DNA from: Mobula hypostoma
Lineage: Eukaryota
Reading direction: 5' to 3'
Length of the DNA: 64,000 nt
Assembly (NCBI RefSeq): GCF_963921235.1
Contig: NC_086100.1
Location: 200,262,001 to 200,326,000 of the forward strand
Shown: positions 60,501 through 64,000 of the stretch, one piece after another
Layout: each line of letters begins with the position of its first letter
Position numbering within the stretch: the stretch's first letter is position 1
Position numbers and translations under genes: made by a program
Notes under the pieces: model-generated
What the model was told of the DNA's origin: nothing
Database searches by the model: none
The model's input: the letters and a program-made list of their open reading frames with translations, nothing else

Positions 60501-62101
60501 TGAGGTGGCCATTCGGGATTCCTCGCCAGTGAATTGGCTGAGAGGATCCTTCGGAGAAATCGCCAAGGAAGATCTTCTGGTTTGGTTGGTTTCCTGTTCT
60601 TCAGTTTATCCTGGGACACGTCCCGCACGGTTTTTAGAGACAGTTTATGAGGATAATGATCCTGTAATCCCAAATCCTTTACAATTTGACAATGAGTATC
60701 ATTTAGGGAACGGTTATTTCCATCTGGTAAACCACTGTTTGTTCCCTCTGAGACTCGCTCAGTTCTCTCTGAGATGTGGAATGAATTCTGATGAGATCGT
60801 TCCTCTGGTACCTGGAAGTCTTCAGCATTCATTTTTCTCTGCACTTCTTAGGCAAGTTCTTTGGCTCGTTGTATTTGAGGTTGACATTCATCGACCTCAA
60901 TCCTACTTTCCAAAGCAATATCAGCCATTTTCTCCAGGCTCAGCAAGGGCTGGTCCCTGTCCCTCGTTAGAATTACTTGTTTGATCTGAGAACGGAGCTT
61001 TTCCACAAGTTTAGCCTCATTTATTTTTGTCAGAACAATGCATTGTTGATGTTTTATCTTTAGAACTTTGAACAGTTTCTCTACCTGCTCAGGGGTTATG
61101 TGTTGCTGATTGATGTGTGTGTTGACGATGAGAAAGAGTTTAGCTGGTGACTGTGTGAGAGAGGTGAGGAATTCTCTTTCCTCCTCACCGATAACGTCAA
61201 TGAAAATAAAGAGAGCAGCAGATACTTTCGCCAGAAACCGAGCGTTTCCCTGGAAGATTTCAGCATCACCTCGGAGGTTAATGAATGCAGCAGCCTCTGG
61301 GAAAATATCCGTGTTACTCTTCCCAGAAGGGAGATACCAGCTGATCTCAGCCATTCCATCGGATATCCTGCGGGGCACATTCCCACGTTCCATCTCGGAG
61401 TGCAGGAAGATGTTCTGCTGCAGCTGTGCCTGACTCAGGGTGAGATTGAGGATTTGGGATTTGGACACTGTGCACCTTCCCAGTCTGAGGAAGGACAGAG
61501 TTGGCATGGCTGCTGTCACGATGGGCACCTCCACAATGGGGCTGCTGCCTGTAGGAGAATGTGGGTACCATGTTTTAACAATGGGCCTCATGGCCCAGAG
61601 GAGAAGGGTGGCACCAGACCCTTCTGTGTGTCCCCTCACCCTGTCCATGGGGTGACTGTGTGTGTCTGGCATCAGAAAGGGTAATGCAAACTGGCACAGA
61701 GACATCTTCAGCATCAGTTCCTGCTGGAGAAAGTGGTCAGCACAGAGGAAAATGGCAGCAATGATATCCAGAGGATTCATCCCAGGGGCCCCTGGTGCTG
61801 TAACTTCAAAGAAATCATTGAAGTCTTCATCATCATCATCCTCAGCGTCCGAGGACAGATCAGGTGGCCAGTCAGGATTCCTCACCAGTGAATTGGCTGA
61901 GAGGATCCTTTGGAGAAATCGCCAAGGAAGATCTTCTGCTCGAGTTGGTTTGCTGTCCTCCAGTTTATCCTGGAACACCTCCCGCATGGTCTTTAAGGAC
62001 AGTTTGTGAGGATAATGATCCTGCAATCCCAAATCCTTTACAATTTGTGGGACGCTGAGATTTTCGGACTCATTATTTTCAGCTGGTAAAATGCTCGTCA
62101 T
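54575..62101 (-). pseudogene. GVIN1: GVIN1/VLIG (URGCP-family) very large GTPase, copy B; three tandem pre-GTPase modules; 2508-codon frame with 7 in-frame stops
   Basis: ORFs 60848-62101, 59216-60844, 55523-59077, 54950-55282 and 54575-54880 are all in one frame. Internal stops at 60848, 59216, 59147, 55523, 55433, 54950 and 54902. G1 GVQSTGKS, G3 DTEG and C-terminal CPFCG..HRP..ASYWK are present. The symbol denotes family, not orthology. Confidence 0.9.
55523..59077 (-). CDS. Open 1184-aa core of GVIN copy B (one pre-GTPase module + intact GTPase domain + helical region); URGCP-like
   Basis: ATG start (MNPLD); all G motifs intact. Expression is unknown. Confidence 0.6.
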   Translation of the reverse strand: MNPLDIIAAIFLSADHFLQQELMLKTSLYQFALPFLMPDTHSHPMDKVRVHTEGSGATLLLWAMRPIVKTWCPHSPTGSSPIVEVPIVTAAMPMVSFLRLGRCTVSKSRILNLTLSQAQLQQNIFLHSEMECGNVPRRISDGMAEISWYLPSGKGNTDIFPEAAAFINLRGDAEIFQRNARFLAKVSAALFIFIDIIGEKEREFLTSLTQSPAKLFLIVNTHINQQHITPEQGKKLFKNLKLQSQQWIVQRNANEAKLVEKLRSQIKQVILKRDRDQTLLSLEQMADIAMESGIGVDERQTEIQRAKELTKILDRLDSGDITGYKRRVLPFHGEPWQRLSKVEKEKSRMKLRGDRTTEVYNQELDREKNRIRESQLRQSLSEEMRLFIEHLTHHGGVDRAISLQWLKLDLDSKSREIMAGLRRIYKELCKDSKQRVKELKELDQKMSDSSLGLEHFMRELGQIYELSVTGHNVNQRTQIHPKVSQFPGVAAELLLEGFPLELIDGDVSNVPIPWITAVLTEVADKVGRACRVFVLTVIGVQSTGKSTLLNTMFCLRFAVSSGRCTRGAYMQLIKVTGSLAKELGCEFILVIDTEGLRVPELATLTDSYEHDNELATFVVGLSNLTLVNVRMENLSEMKDILQIVVHSLICMKETGKGPKCIFVHQNIGDVSVHDQNLRGRQKLLEQLDKMTEAAAKLEKVDRVTFRDVMDYDADKDNWYIPGLWHGTPPMAAVNTGYSEHVSQLKNNLIQCLLQQRKSQGAFTIPDFIKWIAGLWEQVKHENLIFSFQNSLVAEAYNHLSVKYKEWEWELRKFTHSWRNGAENRVSNAKGDLTELLHNLEREIRTEMNKREGDTLDKLQALYESGADNVHLMEKYREEFKLSISSLCSRLQHDSMQRCRDAVNRRVGLQGVDNICNNFHKKIGELVKELLRKCKAANRVLGEQELQNEFDRMWEVTLSQLEYQPCREINIELEIENLLREETKTQGRVINERLKRENLCKLGTQYFQIEEKHINVSYWRQGAGKVIPSRLKSDLEEAAMITKLIEDECRDWITNITNKDMDYDNKYCIELLNMIEGKVDNISHQHLSMSEVFKAEFKLHLCGYAVPRFQQMHRGFIHKYDPRRRLENMKSKYFDLFINIYTEQDVNQRQADRFAHSCFLPALRDATLKSLSVKIVDDMKKHDPE

Positions 62102-63039
62102 CGTCTCTGATACGCTCTGTGTTCTCCTGGAATCTGTGTTTTCTTTCTCAGGGTTGGGGCTGGTTTGGGTCTTGGCGTGTTGATCCGGGTATTTTGGGAA
62201 TAGGTGTACTGTTCTGATCCTTAAATTCCCACAAATGTAAAACTAGTCTCCAAAGATTTATCATTTTGACTCTATTCCTGTCCAGGACATTTGCTGTACC
62301 TGATGTCCTACTGGAACACACAGTTCCTGTCCCAGGATCACAGGGCTGAATGGTTCCGTGCCTCTGGCTGGTGATCCTCTGTCAGGTCTCGTTGTCCTGG
62401 CACCGTGTGTACTGAGTACAGTCAGTAGGAGATCACCATGGCAACCTGGAACTGGCCATAGAATTATACCTGGCTTTGGTGACACCACACCAGGAGGTCT
62501 GGGTACAAACTTGTTACTCTTAGTAGGTGAATGATGGACTTTCTCTCGAGGGAGTGTAATGAAGATCCTGCAGGTTTTTTTCCCCAGAGCAAAATCAGGG
62601 AATCATTGAAATACTCAGCAGGTCAGACAGCGCCTGTGGAGAGAGAAACAGGGTCAGTGTTTCAGGTCCATGTGTTGGTGAGTCTGTCACATCAGGAGAA
62701 GTTGAGTAGACCATCCCTCTGTTCACTGGGGGTTAGAAGAATGAGTTGTGATCTCACTGAAATGAGTACAGAGTTTAACATTGCTGGATACAGGGAGGAT
62801 GTTCCCACTGGCTAATGAGTCTAGGACCAGGGCACAGGCCAAATGTAAGGGGTGGGCTGTTCATGACCGTGATGCGGTAAATGTTCAAGTCTTCACAAAA
62901 GGGCCCACACAATTAGAACCTAGAACACAGGATGGGAAACAGTATGATGGAGCTGAGGATGAGCCAGCAGGTTTACAAGTAGGTGATGGGTGTAACATGA
63001 ATGTAAGGAAGGACAGGCCAATGTCTGGGTACAAACGCA

Positions 63040-63675
63040 GACAGAGCAAAGAGTTAAATTTTACCACAGAGGCAACATTGAAAAGGCAAAGAATACAGGA
63101 CTAAAGGTTCTGTATTTAGATGCGTGTAGCATTCGGAATAGGGTGGATGAACTCATGGCACAATTAGAGATTGGTCGGTATGACATGTGGGCATCACTGA
63201 GTTGTGACTGAAAGAAGGCCTTAGTTGGGAGCTTGACGTCAAGTGATAAGCTTTGTATCGAAACAACAGCAGGAAGGCACAGGCGGTGGTGTGGCTCTGT
63301 TGGTAAGAGATGGAATTACATCTTTAGAAAGAGGTGACATAGGATCAGAGAATGTTGAGTCTTTGTGGATGGAGTGAAGAAACTAAAAGGGTAAAAAAAA
63401 CATTCTGGGGATCATACAAACAGTACCCAAGATGTGGGGTTGAGATTGCAAGGGGAGCTAGAAAAGGCATGTAACAAGAGTAATGACACAATTATGATGG
63501 GGGACTTCAATATGCAAGGGGATTGAGAAACTCAGGTTGGTGTTGGATTGCAAGACAGGGGATTTGTTGAGTGCCTACGAGATGTTTAATTTAGAATACC
63601 TTGTGCTTGAGCCTGCTTGGGGAAAGTTTATCCTAGACTGGGTGTTGTGTAATAACCCAGATCTGATGAGGGACC
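63040..63675 (+). mobile_element. Degenerate CR1 endonuclease fragment
   Basis: GLKVLYL..SIRNRVDEL..LEIGRYD, GGGVALLV, MGDFN and LDWVLCN codons. Confidence 0.85.
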
Positions 63676-63677
63676 TT

Positions 63678-64000
63678 AATAGAACATAAAACATAGAAAT
63701 TTACAGCACATTACAGGCCCTTCGGCCCACAATGTTGTGCTGACCATGTAACCTACTCTAGAGACTGCCCAGAATTTCCCTAGCATATAGCCCACTATTT
63801 TTCTAAGCTCCATGTACCTATCTAAGAGTCTCTTAAATGATCCTATTGTATCCACCTCTACCCTCTTCGCCAGCAGTACATTCCATGCACCCACCACTCT
63901 CAGTGTGAAAAACTTACCCCTGACATCCCCTCGGTACCTATTTCCAAGCACCTTAAAACTATGCTCCTTCGTGTTAGCCATTTCAGCCCTGGGAAAAAGC
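63678..64000 (-). mobile_element. CR1 3' end (runs off window)
   Basis: HSFKVLG..RGKFFTLRVVGAWN; TTTCTATG-type tail. Confidence 0.9.

Noticed and set aside
54575..62101. Programmed readthrough, selenocysteine or an alternative genetic code explaining the stops
   Set aside because: The stops are a mix of TAA, TAG and TGA at positions with ordinary sense codons in paralogous sequence, and they differ between A and B. Nonsense mutation is the simpler explanation.

Overview
Repeat-dense eukaryotic (vertebrate) DNA. The repeat content (several CR1 LINE subfamilies, Penelope-like elements, Rex/Babar, hAT) suggests a cartilaginous fish; this is an inference. The only host-gene content is two intronless very-large-GTPase (GVIN1/VLIG/URGCP-family) loci facing each other: copy A (+, ~18.4-24.1 kb) and copy B (-, ~62.1-54.6 kb). 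They lie on the arms of a large inverted duplication (~18.05-32.4 kb vs ~62.57-49.3 kb) around a ~17 kb transposon-filled spacer. Both copies carry in-frame stops. Copy B keeps one reading frame for 7527 bp (7 internal stops, no frameshift), including an open 1184-codon core with intact GTPase motifs. The ~450-aa pre-GTPase module is tandemly repeated, 2x in A and 3x in B, and looks like a degenerate (pseudo) G-domain. Other highlights are Penelope-type minimal hammerhead ribozyme motifs (one in a 159-bp insertion with a 16-bp TSD present in only one arm), a 39-bp minisatellite amplified from inside a CR1 RT sequence, and several nested insertions with readable TSDs.
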